This document shows positions 25,237-36,737 of a DNA stretch of 64,000 nt, piece by piece. The DNA lies in NCBI GenBank assembly GCA_004764695.1, contig SMSO01000031.1, positions 1,030,436-1,094,435 of the forward strand, read 5' to 3'. This DNA is from Schizochytrium sp. TIO01. Taxonomy: Eukaryota; Protista; Bigyra: Labyrinthulomycetes. A model generated the notes under the pieces. The model had not been told where the DNA came from. It saw only the letters and a program-made list of their open reading frames with translations, and did no database searches. Position 1 is the stretch's first letter. Each line of letters opens with the position of its first letter. A program made the translations under genes and the position numbers.

Positions 25237-26875
25237 GCTGGTTTGCATGTGGTGGCGTCTCGAGTATCTGTGCTCATCTAACATGGCCATAAGTTAACCT
25301 GAAAAAACAACTATCCTGCGGTACTGTTTTGCCCAGAAGGACTCAAACCTTCTGCAACGCAAGCTAAGTCTTTTCTGGTGCTGTGCGCATATTTTCAAAC
25401 AAGATACAACAAAAATACACACAAAATTCTCTGTCACTGTCATAGTCGCTGTTCCATGTCGATGATCGGAGCACGCTTTTGAACATCGATTTGGTCACAC
25501 CCCTTCTCCTGTTGCTGCTTTTCTTCACAAGAACCCTAAGTTCTGGGATAGGAAGTCTACGTGATGCTTTAGTAGTGTCCTTATAGGTTAACAAGTATCA
25601 AACTCGTTAATCTTCAACAAGCTCCCTTAGTGCAGTGTCTGCATCTCACTTTTTCTCATCTTCATAGAGTGAGGTAATACCCATGGAGCGGATATTTAGC
25701 GACGATTATCGTTTGCCTTCCTCTAGCCTCTAGGTGGATGTCGATTTGAGTAGAGCACGGTGACATTTATCTTCTCGCTCTTAGTGAAACATTTGCAAAC
25801 ATAACGATTCCAGCTGATGTAGAAAAGACGCATCGCTAGAATATGATCGTTCTGACATTTCCTGGAACCTGTTTTGTTTGTTGCAATAAAGTCATCGATC
25901 ACCATCGGCAAATCTAGCACATGGATATTTTTATCTCCATAGATAAGAACGATGCCTATCATCGTACGTAAAGTTTCTCTCCTTCCCCATTAGATAGACA
26001 AATTATATAAGCAATTTTTGTAGCATCGCCGGTGAGTTAACTTTTGTAATTCAGAATTCCAGTACAGATCACTCGACCTTCATGTCGGCTTAGTCACCCC
26101 TAATAATAGATACATTTCGTGCGAACCTTATTCATTATATATGTAAACCTGGCTAGCGGTAGTATGGATGCAAAGGAATTGAAGACCTTGGCCTGCTTTT
26201 CGATCAAGATTTTAAACCAGGTATTGTGACCTTTCATAAGTGCAACCAACACAAATGCTATTCATTCTGAACACTCTGTCTTATTTGTCAATCAATCTAC
26301 TGTCGTTTGTCCGTCGAAACTCAAGACAAGTGCTGATCACTGCAAAGGTTGATTGGGTTTGCTAGATAGTTACACATCGCACTAAAGCATGATACATATT
26401 TGCATTCCATAGTATATGGAACATGTGCAAAAAGAAAACAAGAAAACATAGCAAAAAAGAAAGTGTCAGTTGCGCTTCATTTTAAAAAGTCTAACCTCTT
26501 TCTTTATAATCTCTTTCATTTGTAAGCAAAAACAGGCAAGCTAAAAAAGAGCCCCTTCTCTCGAGGCAGCAACTCAATTCCTTTACTTCGAGTTCGCTGG
26601 GACAAGTGCTTGTAGCGAGACAGAAACACGCACTAGTTACGAAAAGGCCCAAAGAGCTAGGACACCGATAAGAGTGGTTCTCTTTGCTCTTTACTACTCA
26701 GCTTGCGATTGATCGACAGGGTTGATCTTGCAACACCTCCATAAAGCAAGGAAAAAGCAGCGTGATAACAACTTAGGTTAGACCACGGCTCTCCTGACAG
26801 TCTTCGCAAGACCAACATTTTCTTTCTATCAGAGTCCACTACTGATCTGCTGAAAGTTGATTTGTTGCAAAAACA

Positions 26876-27985
26876 ATGGCTCGAGCTCTTGAATGGCATA
26901 AGAAATGGATCGTCGCAGGCGAGGACGAGGACTCTGGCATCAACGTTGGACACCGTGCGCCGTGGAATGCCTTTCAGTATGGGCAGTCCGATGCGTCTTC
27001 AATTCTTTCTCCGTTCGACGACAAGGAGAATAACAGTGCGATGCAGACTGATACAGCAAGTGTGTCAACTGCCGCTACGAAATCCTTCAAAAGCCGTACT
27101 ACCTTTGTCGATATAGATGACGACGACGCGTTGTCCTCAGTGTCATTTACATCACATTCACAGAAGCCTCTACGCATGATGCAGCCTTCACCACGATCGT
27201 CGCCAACAGCGGCGTCAAGAAATGCATCCCACTCAGTTCTTCAGCAGCAAGTCGAGGCTATCTTCACGGACATTTTAGATTGGCTAGAGGACGCAAGTGG
27301 AGTGCGCATCTCACCCATGGCAAATGCCAACTCGACTACCGCAGGTGTCTTAACCAGTACAGTGCCCCCTCCACGCCCCTCAACTAGCTCCCAGCGACTC
27401 TTTGCGCATATTGATGCAGGCGAGTCTCTCATTAAATTGCTCCAGAAGAGCAAAATTGAAAGCAAGAACATCAAGGCTGCCGACCCACCTTCCAACGCCT
27501 CCCCAAATGAGAGAAAAACCTTCAACATGAACCTTTTTCGATCCACTTGCAAAGAAATCGGTATACCAGAACAGTACACTCTGACCCAAGGTGACCGTAA
27601 TACCAAACGAATCATTGGCTGTTTCGTGCTTTTGTCACGCGCATGCCGAGCCAACAATAACCGTGCAGTTCGTGCACTTCCTGTGCAACCACGATCCCTT
27701 GTGTCCCTAGGCATGCGCCTTGATGAACTTTCAATGGATAAACCAGACCCTAGCTTGCAGGAAATGCAACTCAAGGGATCGTTCTGGGTACCGGATTCCT
27801 TCTCTGATACCTGTCTTCTATGTAATGCATCTTTTACCCTCCTTCAGAGGAGGAGCCATTGCAGGAGCTGCGGTACACTGTGCTGCCATAAATGCAACAA
27901 AATTAAGGCTAAGTGCCTCGGATACTCTAAGCCGCAACGTATTTGTACAACCTGTGTACGCCAACGTGAGGCCTTCGTGCTATAA
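26876..27985 (+). CDS. Calponin-homology-like domain plus C-terminal FYVE zinc finger protein
   Basis: FYVE: WVPD..CLLC..F....RRSHCRSCG..CC..C...RICTTC. CH-like: ILDWLE...IDAGESLIKLL...NMNLFRSTCKEIGIP...IIGCFVLL. Confidence 0.85.
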   Translation: MARALEWHKKWIVAGEDEDSGINVGHRAPWNAFQYGQSDASSILSPFDDKENNSAMQTDTASVSTAATKSFKSRTTFVDIDDDDALSSVSFTSHSQKPLRMMQPSPRSSPTAASRNASHSVLQQQVEAIFTDILDWLEDASGVRISPMANANSTTAGVLTSTVPPPRPSTSSQRLFAHIDAGESLIKLLQKSKIESKNIKAADPPSNASPNERKTFNMNLFRSTCKEIGIPEQYTLTQGDRNTKRIIGCFVLLSRACRANNNRAVRALPVQPRSLVSLGMRLDELSMDKPDPSLQEMQLKGSFWVPDSFSDTCLLCNASFTLLQRRSHCRSCGTLCCHKCNKIKAKCLGYSKPQRICTTCVRQREAFVL

Positions 27986-28320
27986 GAAACGGTAGTGCCC
28001 TTAATTGGAAAGGCCGTATTCTCAATTTCTCTTTCCTTCTTTTATAAACTCTCGCCCCATTACAAGATGGCGTCTATTTCACTTACAATGAATATGTCAT
28101 TTTATAGACCATGCTTCAAATCTTCTAAAATTTGTTACTTGGATTCAATTTTTTTTCTTCTAAAATTTGAACATTGAATAATTTCGACGAACCAAAATAA
28201 GTTACAGAATGCGCATTCCCCCTGCATCTTTACAAACTAATACTAGACCCCCCTTTTTTTCTCCTTTACTTATCTTATCCTAAATTTCGTTCGAAAATAA
28301 GGGGAAACGACGTCAATGCT

Positions 28321-30055
28321 TTAATCATCGTTTTCCAGTGCATCAATCTCAGCTTCAAAGTCGTCTAGACTTTCGACAAAGTCTTTCTTAATATCTCTCT
28401 GAAGAACGCGAGAGATGATAAGCTCAAGAGCTCCGCGTGTCGCTCTGGAGTGTTTAAGGCGTTCTTCTGGCTCAAAGTGTTTCGCTACATGACCCAGAAG
28501 TGTTCGTGCAATAAATTTGCGAAGCAAAGCATGCACCTGGGCACGGAACAGCACATTTTCTCCATATAGGGCAACCGTTTCCAAAAGATTCTTCATGAGT
28601 AGCCTATCAAGCATTCGCCCCATAAGAAGAGAGATGGTTTGAAAATCTTCACGCTGTCGCTGTAGCCTGATAGTTGTTTTAGCATCCTCGAAAGCCTCTT
28701 CACAAACCTCCAGTGTTAATTTATCAAGGGTCGAGTGTAGAACGTCCTCGCCGACAATATCAATCTCAGTTTCTGTCCATGCGTCCAGGGCAACTTCTTT
28801 GATAATTGGACCTAGGTACATATCAAGAAGAACATCGAATTGCTGCTGGAAGAGATATGAATCCACCATATCTTGCAGTGCTTCGTGTACAACTTCATCT
28901 GCCATACGAGCCACACAAACATCAACTATCCTTTGCATATTGACATAGACCGGGTCATGGTCTCGCCGCGACTGAAAATGAAGATAGTCATCCATGAATT
29001 CACGAACAACAGAACGCACGACTTTACCTACTTCTGTGTCAACAACGCGTGTCATAATACCTTCGAGTTCGCCATAGGCTGCTTGTTCTTCTTCGCTTAC
29101 AGGATCATATTCGTGACTAACATTGGTGAGAACATCGATGAGCAAATCAGGTATGAATTCCCCCGTTAAGTAATCATCCACAAGCTCCTCAACGATATCT
29201 TGATAGATACGCTTCATATCATCTGAAGAAAGCATACGCTGAAGGGTGAGAAATCCGCGAACTTGACTTTGGATCTTTGTTGCGTAATAGTTTACATCCC
29301 TCTCGTCTGATGTCCTAATTTTGATTTCTTGACTGTATTGCTTTGTGGAACTTCGACGGCGATCGACTCTGCCCTTTACGAGGTCTTTCTTCTAAAGGCC
29401 TCCTCTTTTTCTTCTCGTAAGACTCTGCTGCGGATGATGATGATGACGACGACAATGAGACACTTGAACCACGCCGAGTATTGCGCCGAGGTGACCTGGA
29501 CGAGGACGATGATGAAGATACAGATGATTCAGAGCATGCAGAGGATGAAGAATTGGAGTACGAGCTTTTTGATGTTAGCGACGATGAAAAGGAATCTCGG
29601 GAACGGCAGGAACATGTATCATCATCCTCACAACATCTTCGCCGGCGCCGACGATGATGGCTTCTTCGCCGGTGTCCCGAGGAATGCGATGTATTCCTTG
29701 ATCTCCGATGATTGTTGCTACTTCGTCGATAACCTTTTCGTCGATTGTGATTCCTGTGCCGGTGTGATTTGTGATTTTTTTTTGCTTTTGGCTTGGAATG
29801 ATGTTTTTTCTTCTTTTGTTTTCGATCTGAATCAGGCCGTACAGAGTTTTCACTCGCCACCTTTTTCGTCAAATGCGTATCATCTCCAGCATCCCGTAGA
29901 TTATCATTACTATAGTTTGGTGTCAACGCATCCTCTTGCTTTATCTTATCCTCCTTGGCTGGTTTGCTTTGCTGCTGTTGCTTTGGCAGAAGTTCGACAG
30001 CTCCAGCAAAACCTACGCCACCCGCCCTTTTAGCTCCGGTAGCTCCTGACGACAT
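28321..30055 (-). CDS. Uncharacterised IQ-motif protein split over two overlapping frames (Ser/Arg/His-rich part 30055-29315; IQ plus helical part ~29390-28321)
   Basis: The downstream frame is open from ~29390, well before its first ATG (29235), and encodes ATKIQSQVRGFLTLQR (IQ motif) there. The upstream frame ends AAT TAG at 29315. Both parts look coding but the junction is unresolved. Confidence 0.65.
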
Positions 30056-31147
30056 CACTCTACTAAGCTACGGGAAGGAGATCATCCGCGTCACGCAAGA
30101 AAGACCTGACGTTGGAGTCACGAGTTGTTAATGCAATTTCGTTTCTTGCCCATCAGCAATCCCAATGTTTCTTGATGGCATCGTTATGGACCCCTTGCAA
30201 AGTCCATTTGTGAAATTTTAACAACGGTAAACTTGTTTAACTAAAATTTTACTTTTAAAAAATTGTTTTCTTTTTCATAGAAATACTATCTCTTTAGCTT
30301 AATTTACACAGAACCATAGGAAACACATGCTTGTTCTGGATGGCAAGTCCTTTCATTGAAAGCATCTAGGTAATTGTACAAAGGATCTGAGGGGGCTTCA
30401 AGGCGACAATGATCGATTCGAAAGAGTACCACTAAATTTTAATTTTGTAAACATGTCGAAGGCTTTTCAAGAAAATTTGCAGAAGCAAATGGCAATAAAG
30501 AATGTTGCTGAGGCGAGAGGGATGGAAACCATGATGCTGCTGGCCAGAACAGATGAAACAAAGCTGGGAAATTTACTCTGAGCAAGCGAAATCATCAGTA
30601 TACAGAACGGATTTTGGAATTAAATTATTCATTCCAACCGATGGACAAGGTTTCTGGTACATTTTAATGTTTTTCGTCATAATTACGCCGATTAGTTTAC
30701 TCTAATAATGGAAGTAAAATGTATTGCTTAGGAAATGTGAAAGCTCTATGGAATGGATCAATTACCAGCATACAAACTATATATATATATATATATATAT
30801 CCAAATCGAATATCAACCGCTCGCTGCATTCGTGTATCCATTTATATGTATATTCTTTGGGTCATGGGTTCCAGCAAGAGCATTAAGTAGTTTGATGCTT
30901 GGCTAAATATCACATTCAGAAAGAGAGCAAGCGCTGTTTGGCTCAGGAATTGATCTTAACTTCAGATATTGCTAAGAAAAGACTTTTGTTTTTTCGAAGG
31001 TGCAACAGGAACCTCATGTTTTTACGATAACCTATCACGACGCAGCAAATGTGGGGGAGTACATCAGCTCTTTTATTTAAAACTAAGAAATTGATTGTGG
31101 GTCACTACATCGTATTGAATTTTGACAAGGAAACCAAGAAAATGTCT

Positions 31148-34100
31148 TTACGCCTTGCGAACAGACTTGCGAGTAGATCTGCGTAGCGCAACCTTGGTTT
31201 CAGTGTCAGCCTTGGGGGTCTTGGGGGTCTTAGGGGCCTTAGCCGGGGTCTTGGCCTTCTTCTTAGGGCTTTCCTCAATGAGTTTCTCGTCGCTAGAGTT
31301 GAGAGCAGGCTCTTCAGCCTCCTTGTTGTTGGCAGCAGCAGCAGCAGCCTCCTCACGAGCACGCTTCTTCTGGGCAGACTTGGACGGGGTGGCAACAGCA
31401 TCAGGATTGATTGTGCGCAAAACGTTTTGAGTAAGGTTCTTAAGACCCGGTTTTGTGGACTCCTTCTCAAGCAACTCAGTCAGGATCTTGGACAGTTCCT
31501 TAAGAGAGGACTTGCAAGAGGAATTCTTTTGCATTTTACGAGCAAGGTTACCGGCAACCTTGATGAGTTCACGGGCAATCTTGTCGGAGGAGTTTTCCAG
31601 ACCAAGCTTGAGGGCTTCAGTGACAGCAGAGGCAATATCAGCGAGCTTATCCTCGAGCTTCTCCTTCTCATCGTCGGAGTTTGAAGTCCGGACAACAGTA
31701 TCAAGGAGCTGAAGAGCCGAAAGACGGGAGTTAGCTCCAGCCTTGGGTGACTTAGTGGCGTTGCAAAGTGTATCAATGAGCGCCCATCGGAAGAGGCCAC
31801 CGCGGAACAGACCTTCCAGGTTTTGCTGGTCTGACTTGGTCACCGATTTCTTGGGCGATTGCAGAATGCTCTCCACAACCTTACTGAGAGACTGGCGAAT
31901 ATGCTCACCAGTCAAAGCAACGTTCTTATCAGTTGCAGCGCGGGAAACAAACAGAAGAGACTTAAATGCAGCATTTCTGAGCTCAGCGGGCACTTGCTTC
32001 TTGGCAATAACCTTCGAGACAGCAGCAAGAACGTTGAAGATGACTTCGCCAGCAAAAAGCTCCTCGTCTTCACCCTCTTGTTCCTCCTCGTCCTTCTTCT
32101 CGGCTTGCTCCTCAGATGCTTCCTTCATGAGGGATGAAATCACCCAGGAAGACACAAGGTGCAAAGGTTCATCAGGAATTTGAATCTGCTGCTTACGAGC
32201 GGCAAGCATATCGAGAATAGCGACGGTGCGCTTGGCCAGGCCTGCAGCCTCGTCAGTAGAGGATGTCAGCGCCATCTTCACAACCTGCAGGAGGGGGAGA
32301 AGAACAAGGATAATATGCACAGACGCGCCGCTGCCCTGGATGTAAATCTCAACAAGATCCAAGAGACGCTGTTTCATTTGCAAGCTAGACTTGATAATTG
32401 CCTTCTGTGACTTGCGGTCCTCACGTGCCTGAGCACGGGCAGCAAGCTTGGCCTCCATAAATTTAGAGAGAGCAGCATCCGTGGCGCGTGCGTGCTTTGC
32501 GTTAGCCTCCGTGTCTTCGTCCTCCTCATCATCATCCTCCTCGATGATACGACCAGAAGCAAACATGCTGCCGAGACCAGCAATATCCTCAGGAATGGCA
32601 TCAGACATTTTCTCGTCCTCGTCGTCCTCATCTTCATCTTCATCGCTGCTCTCCTCTTCCTCTTCCTTCTCCGATTCAGCGGACTTTGCCCGAGGGCGCT
32701 TCTTGCTCTTGGGCGTCTTCTCCAAATCGTCTGCATCCTCATCCTCGCTCTCCTCATCCTTTGCCTCTTCCTCGGCAGCGATGGCATCCTCATCATCTCC
32801 GCCATCGTCTTCGTCGTCCTCATCCTTCTCCAAGAGTGCAGAGCTAGTCAAAGCTTCGCAGATAACGTTGAGAGCAGCTGGGGTAACCTTAGGGACCATC
32901 AGACGGAACGCAGCACCAGCACAGCGGCGCAAATCGTTGGAGGGAGCTGCCATCATGGCAATGAGCATATCGGTAAGAACCACAATCGGGGGCTCGCCTT
33001 CCTCGTCATTGTTTGCAAGGAGGCGCCCAGCAGCCTCAGTTGCGTCCTCGAGGAGCTCAGCATACTCGAGCTCAATATCGTCCGCACCGCTTACCTCAAA
33101 TACAACACTACTGAGGTTAAGAGTGTTGATGATAACAGCAACCGCAGTCAAGAGCTGGCGTTCAGAGAGGTCCTTGGTCTTAGCAGCAGCCTTGATGAGC
33201 TTGCTCGTGACGTTGCTTGCGGACTTGCGAGCCTCGACAATATCGTCATCGATATCAACCCAGAAGGTAGAATTCTTGGCTGTCTCAAGAGCCTCGAGGG
33301 TCTTAAGAGAGCGGCTCAGGGCAGCACCGGGCTGCTGTTCCACGGGAGTGGACTTCCAGAAGGAGGCCATCATCTCGGGGCTAATATACGCCTTGCGTGC
33401 CTTAAGCTGCTCCTGGTTGCTAAGAGCAGAGACCAACTTCAAGGCGGAAGTAGCACAGTAGCTGGCTTCCTGGTCCTCAAGCTGGGGGAACGCATCCGAA
33501 GAGGTGAAGCCGCGGCTCAAGAAGAAATCGACGACCTTCTGCACAAGGTCAAGGTGTTTGTTGTTGTTCGTGAGAGAAGAAGTCTGAGAGTAGAGCTGGG
33601 AAAGAACCATGTGAACAGGCTCCTCCTTCTTGATCATACTGTTGGCAGTCTCAATAAGGTTAGCAATCTTGGAAGCTTCATCTGCGTCACCAACCTGCAA
33701 GAGATCGGCCTGGATCATTTTTGTGTCTACACCGCTCACACGAAGAGGCTCTGCGATAGCGAGGCAAATGGCGGGCGAGACATTCTCAGACTTAAGGACA
33801 CTGAAGAGCTCAGAAAGTGCTGCAAGAGCCTGCTTGTGGAGCATCGAGCTGGGAACAGATGCGTTGCGGGCCAAAAGGTTAACGAAGGTCTCGGAGGTGA
33901 GCATCTTCTGAACAATAGTAGGCTTGGCTGCGCGGATGCTCCGGTTAGCGATCAGGACGAAGACCTGAAGAGCGCAGTAGCGTTGCTGAGGTGTGGGTTC
34001 GTGATCAACGACATCAATGAGAGCTTGCAAGACGCAAGTGTTCCACAGAGCAAGAACAGACTTTTCGCCCTCGCTGATGGTGAGGTCCACGAGCTTGACC

Positions 34101-35014
34101 CATGCTGAGTGGAGGCGCGGGAAAGAGATTGCGTCCTTGAGAACCTCCGCGAGATCCTGAAGCTCCACAGATTCCGCGCTGTTGTCATCGCCGAAGTTGG
34201 GCAGACTGACAGGTGAAGCTTTCATTGCCTCGCGCACAGCCTCTGATTTGCGGGCACGCTGTTCAATAGTAACCAGAGCAGAGATCTTGGATGCCTGGTA
34301 CTTGCGAATGTGTTGACGGGGAAAGAACTTTCCGACTGTGCCCTTGAGGACCTCAACGAGGCATTTCTCGGACACCTTCTCCACAACGTCGCTGATGACC
34401 TCCATGCAGAATTCGCCGGTCCACGCCTTCCATTGCACGACCTCATTAAGCAATTCAAAAATCTTCACGAGCAACTCAGGCTCCTCGTCAACACGTCCGG
34501 AACGAACAACTGCCGAGATTGCAAACATGCGTCCAAGATACTTATCTTTCTGTTCGTTGTTCTTCATGGCAGCGTTGACTGTTGTGACCTTTTCAATGCG
34601 TTTCAAGAGCGCCGCCATGTCCACGTCTCCAGCTCTACGGAGGACCTGTGTAAGTGCCACAACGAAACCCATTCTGGCGGCGCCGTTGTTACTGCAGAGT
34701 CCACTAAGCAGACGCTTGACACTGTATTCGTGGTCTTCGCTCGATGCGTCCGAAACGGAGTTGATCTTGGCAAAGTTTCGAAGTCCTTCAATTCTGACAG
34801 CCTCCTCGACGTCGCTCATTTTCCAAAACGTCTCCAAGAGGCTGGGGGTGTCATTCGCCTCCGCTTCGGGTTCCTGAACTTCCATGGAGTTCTTGCGAGC
34901 ACCTACGATGGAATCCACCAGGTCCTCCCCATCGCTCTCCGAGGCGGCCATCTTCTTGGCCATCTTCTTGCCACTCGCCTTCTTCAGGCTTGCAGAGCCG
35001 TCAGCCCGGCCCAT
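31148..35014 (-). CDS. MYBBP1A: Myb-binding protein 1A / Pol5 (DNA polymerase phi family; nucleolar ARM-repeat protein)
   Basis: FWKMSD...YSVKRLLSGLCSNNGAARMGFVVALTQVL, LGRMFAISAVVRSG, VVLTDMLIAMM, an acidic central region, RLLDLVEIY and a basic tail. First ATG is at 35014 (alternative 34966). Confidence 0.92.
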   Translation of the reverse strand: MGRADGSASLKKASGKKMAKKMAASESDGEDLVDSIVGARKNSMEVQEPEAEANDTPSLLETFWKMSDVEEAVRIEGLRNFAKINSVSDASSEDHEYSVKRLLSGLCSNNGAARMGFVVALTQVLRRAGDVDMAALLKRIEKVTTVNAAMKNNEQKDKYLGRMFAISAVVRSGRVDEEPELLVKIFELLNEVVQWKAWTGEFCMEVISDVVEKVSEKCLVEVLKGTVGKFFPRQHIRKYQASKISALVTIEQRARKSEAVREAMKASPVSLPNFGDDNSAESVELQDLAEVLKDAISFPRLHSAWVKLVDLTISEGEKSVLALWNTCVLQALIDVVDHEPTPQQRYCALQVFVLIANRSIRAAKPTIVQKMLTSETFVNLLARNASVPSSMLHKQALAALSELFSVLKSENVSPAICLAIAEPLRVSGVDTKMIQADLLQVGDADEASKIANLIETANSMIKKEEPVHMVLSQLYSQTSSLTNNNKHLDLVQKVVDFFLSRGFTSSDAFPQLEDQEASYCATSALKLVSALSNQEQLKARKAYISPEMMASFWKSTPVEQQPGAALSRSLKTLEALETAKNSTFWVDIDDDIVEARKSASNVTSKLIKAAAKTKDLSERQLLTAVAVIINTLNLSSVVFEVSGADDIELEYAELLEDATEAAGRLLANNDEEGEPPIVVLTDMLIAMMAAPSNDLRRCAGAAFRLMVPKVTPAALNVICEALTSSALLEKDEDDEDDGGDDEDAIAAEEEAKDEESEDEDADDLEKTPKSKKRPRAKSAESEKEEEEESSDEDEDEDDEDEKMSDAIPEDIAGLGSMFASGRIIEEDDDEEDEDTEANAKHARATDAALSKFMEAKLAARAQAREDRKSQKAIIKSSLQMKQRLLDLVEIYIQGSGASVHIILVLLPLLQVVKMALTSSTDEAAGLAKRTVAILDMLAARKQQIQIPDEPLHLVSSWVISSLMKEASEEQAEKKDEEEQEGEDEELFAGEVIFNVLAAVSKVIAKKQVPAELRNAAFKSLLFVSRAATDKNVALTGEHIRQSLSKVVESILQSPKKSVTKSDQQNLEGLFRGGLFRWALIDTLCNATKSPKAGANSRLSALQLLDTVVRTSNSDDEKEKLEDKLADIASAVTEALKLGLENSSDKIARELIKVAGNLARKMQKNSSCKSSLKELSKILTELLEKESTKPGLKNLTQNVLRTINPDAVATPSKSAQKKRAREEAAAAAANNKEAEEPALNSSDEKLIEESPKKKAKTPAKAPKTPKTPKADTETKVALRRSTRKSVRKA

Positions 35015-35365
35015 CTCGCAAAAGGACGCTCGCTGCCACCGCCGCGTGCAGGCACCCACCAGTCAACCTCGAGCAACCCCCTCCGCGTAGCCGACCTCGC
35101 GATCGGGAATGCTCACTCGCGCAAGCGGTCCTCCTCGCGCGCCAATTTCAAATCCACCAAGAGGCAGGACCCTCTGATTTTTGAATTCCAAGGACCAATT
35201 AAATTAGTGCTCAGGACCACACGCGATACATATACATCTTCATACGCCCATACATGCGCACACCAACACACTTGTATATATTCTCAGGAAGCACTATTAC
35301 AGTCAGCCACCAGACACAGAACCGAGACAGACAGACAGACAGACCACCACCCAAAGCGGCGCCGC

Positions 35366-35453
35366 GGAATTCCGGGACCGTGGCATCGCAGCCCGGAATT
35401 CCGGGCAGATGAGACGGAGGAATTCCGGGACCGGGTGGTGGAGGAATTCCGGG
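35366..35453. promoter_or_regulatory. Cluster of four GGAATTCCGGG motifs in the divergent MYBBP1A / WW-gene intergenic region
   Basis: Exact 11-mer at 35366, 35395, 35419 and 35443. Copy 2 lies within the perfect 16-bp palindrome GCCCGGAATTCCGGGC (35391-35406). The regulatory role is inferred from position. Confidence 0.55.
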
Positions 35454-36227
35454 AGGAAGGGAGGAAGGGAGGAAGTTCTTCCGGAGATCCGGGGAGTCAG
35501 AGCCTCTGCGGATGAGACCTCCTTCTCCAGAGAGCGAGGAAAGGAGTCGCTTGGGCTGAGCGGTAGGTAGGCACTTATTCACGTGTGGAAAGAGAGGAGG
35601 ACGGTATACGAGGGACTGAAGAAAGCTGTTTTGGAGAGGACCTTCAAGAAGACGAGGGTGTATTGCGATTGATCTTGGCGTCGTTCATGAAGATGAAATG
35701 CACTTTTCCTGTTTTTTCTTTGTCTTTTTCTTTTGTTTTATTAGTTGCTACACTAGAAGAGGGGAATTTCATTAGCTGGCTTCAGCAGGTTTTGCTCTAT
35801 TTGCAGTGTCTTCTATAACTCACTTTTAAAAAGCACCAGAAGTAGAGTATAGGGAGGAGTATACGTGAGTGCTGCTGTGCTCATGCTTCTGAAGAAGACA
35901 CGGAGCTCAGCAGACCTAGAACTGGACGACGGCGCTGCGTAGCAACGTTGTTTGACAGACCGTAGACAGCTTGGGTTTAAGCGCGTGCGAGGCACGTCGA
36001 GACCCTACCTAGCCTGAGTTTACATACTTTCGCGCTCCCTTGGTACCTGTTTTCGCGGAGATCGATCTTTCATCGGCATCATCTCCGAGCTCCATCAGTT
36101 AGACGACATCTAACTATCCACGAACAGAGTCGCAGGAATTTTCGCGAATTCTGTTCTCTCACACGTTACTGTATCGGGTAACCCTGGATTATTGACGTTA
36201 ACTCGCGCGAAGAATCTTACGTCGAAA

Positions 36228-36737
36228 ATGATGCTCAACGTAGTCCACAAGGCCGCCATCCGGAGCGCCGCAAGTGCTCCACTTTGTGTTGGAATTCCTG
36301 CTCGCCTGGAGTCCGCTCGCGGATTTGCTCGTCGTCGCGGCCACAGCAAGAAGCCTTTTGACGAGCCTGAAGACGCCTTAACCACAACCTCTTCGGCTCC
36401 TCCTCCTGCCACCGCAGAGAAGGACCCGTGGCAACCCGTTACGGACAAACAAACTGGTCTTGTATACTGGTGGAACACTGAAACTAACGAGACTACTGCT
36501 CTTGGCATGCCCAAGCCTGGATCTGAGGGTGAACGCATGCTCCAGCAACAGCAGGAGCAGCAGGCTGCCCAGTACCAGCAACCTAGCCTCGGACGCACTA
36601 TGGCTGAGGGTGCTGCATTTGGTGTTGGTGCTGGCATGGGCCGTTCGCTCTTCGGATCATTCTTTGGAGGCGGCGGTGACAGCGGAAGCAATGACGATGG
36701 TGGCTTCAGCGGTGGAGACGACGGTGGCTGGGTATAA
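36228..36737 (+). CDS. Small WW-domain protein with a predicted mitochondrial presequence and a Gly-rich MIX17/CHCHD2-like helix
   Basis: Arg/Ala-rich N-terminus; WW-like PWQPVTDKQTGLVYWWNTETNETT; LGRTMAEGAAFGVGAGMGRSLFG. Confidence 0.8.
   Translation: MMLNVVHKAAIRSAASAPLCVGIPARLESARGFARRRGHSKKPFDEPEDALTTTSSAPPPATAEKDPWQPVTDKQTGLVYWWNTETNETTALGMPKPGSEGERMLQQQQEQQAAQYQQPSLGRTMAEGAAFGVGAGMGRSLFGSFFGGGGDSGSNDDGGFSGGDDGGWV

Noticed and set aside
25200-25330. Selenoprotein I (EPT1 with C-terminal Sec)
   Set aside because: The CDS ends in TAA with no in-frame TGA near the C-terminus and no recognisable SECIS.
25364-25980. Possible pseudogene on the minus strand (EKK*DADTALRELVED*RV*YLL)
   Set aside because: Stop density is no lower than random and no family could be recognised.
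35366-35453. GGAATTCCGGG repeats as a mini-CRISPR or cloning linker (EcoRI) artefact
   Set aside because: The repeat (11 bp) and spacers (13-18 bp) are too short for CRISPR, and the flanks are continuous genomic-type sequence with no vector features. Kept only as a motif cluster.
32448-35515. Long plus-strand ORFs (337, 538 and 401 aa) over MYBBP1A
   Set aside because: Antisense shadows of a biased, low-complexity CDS.
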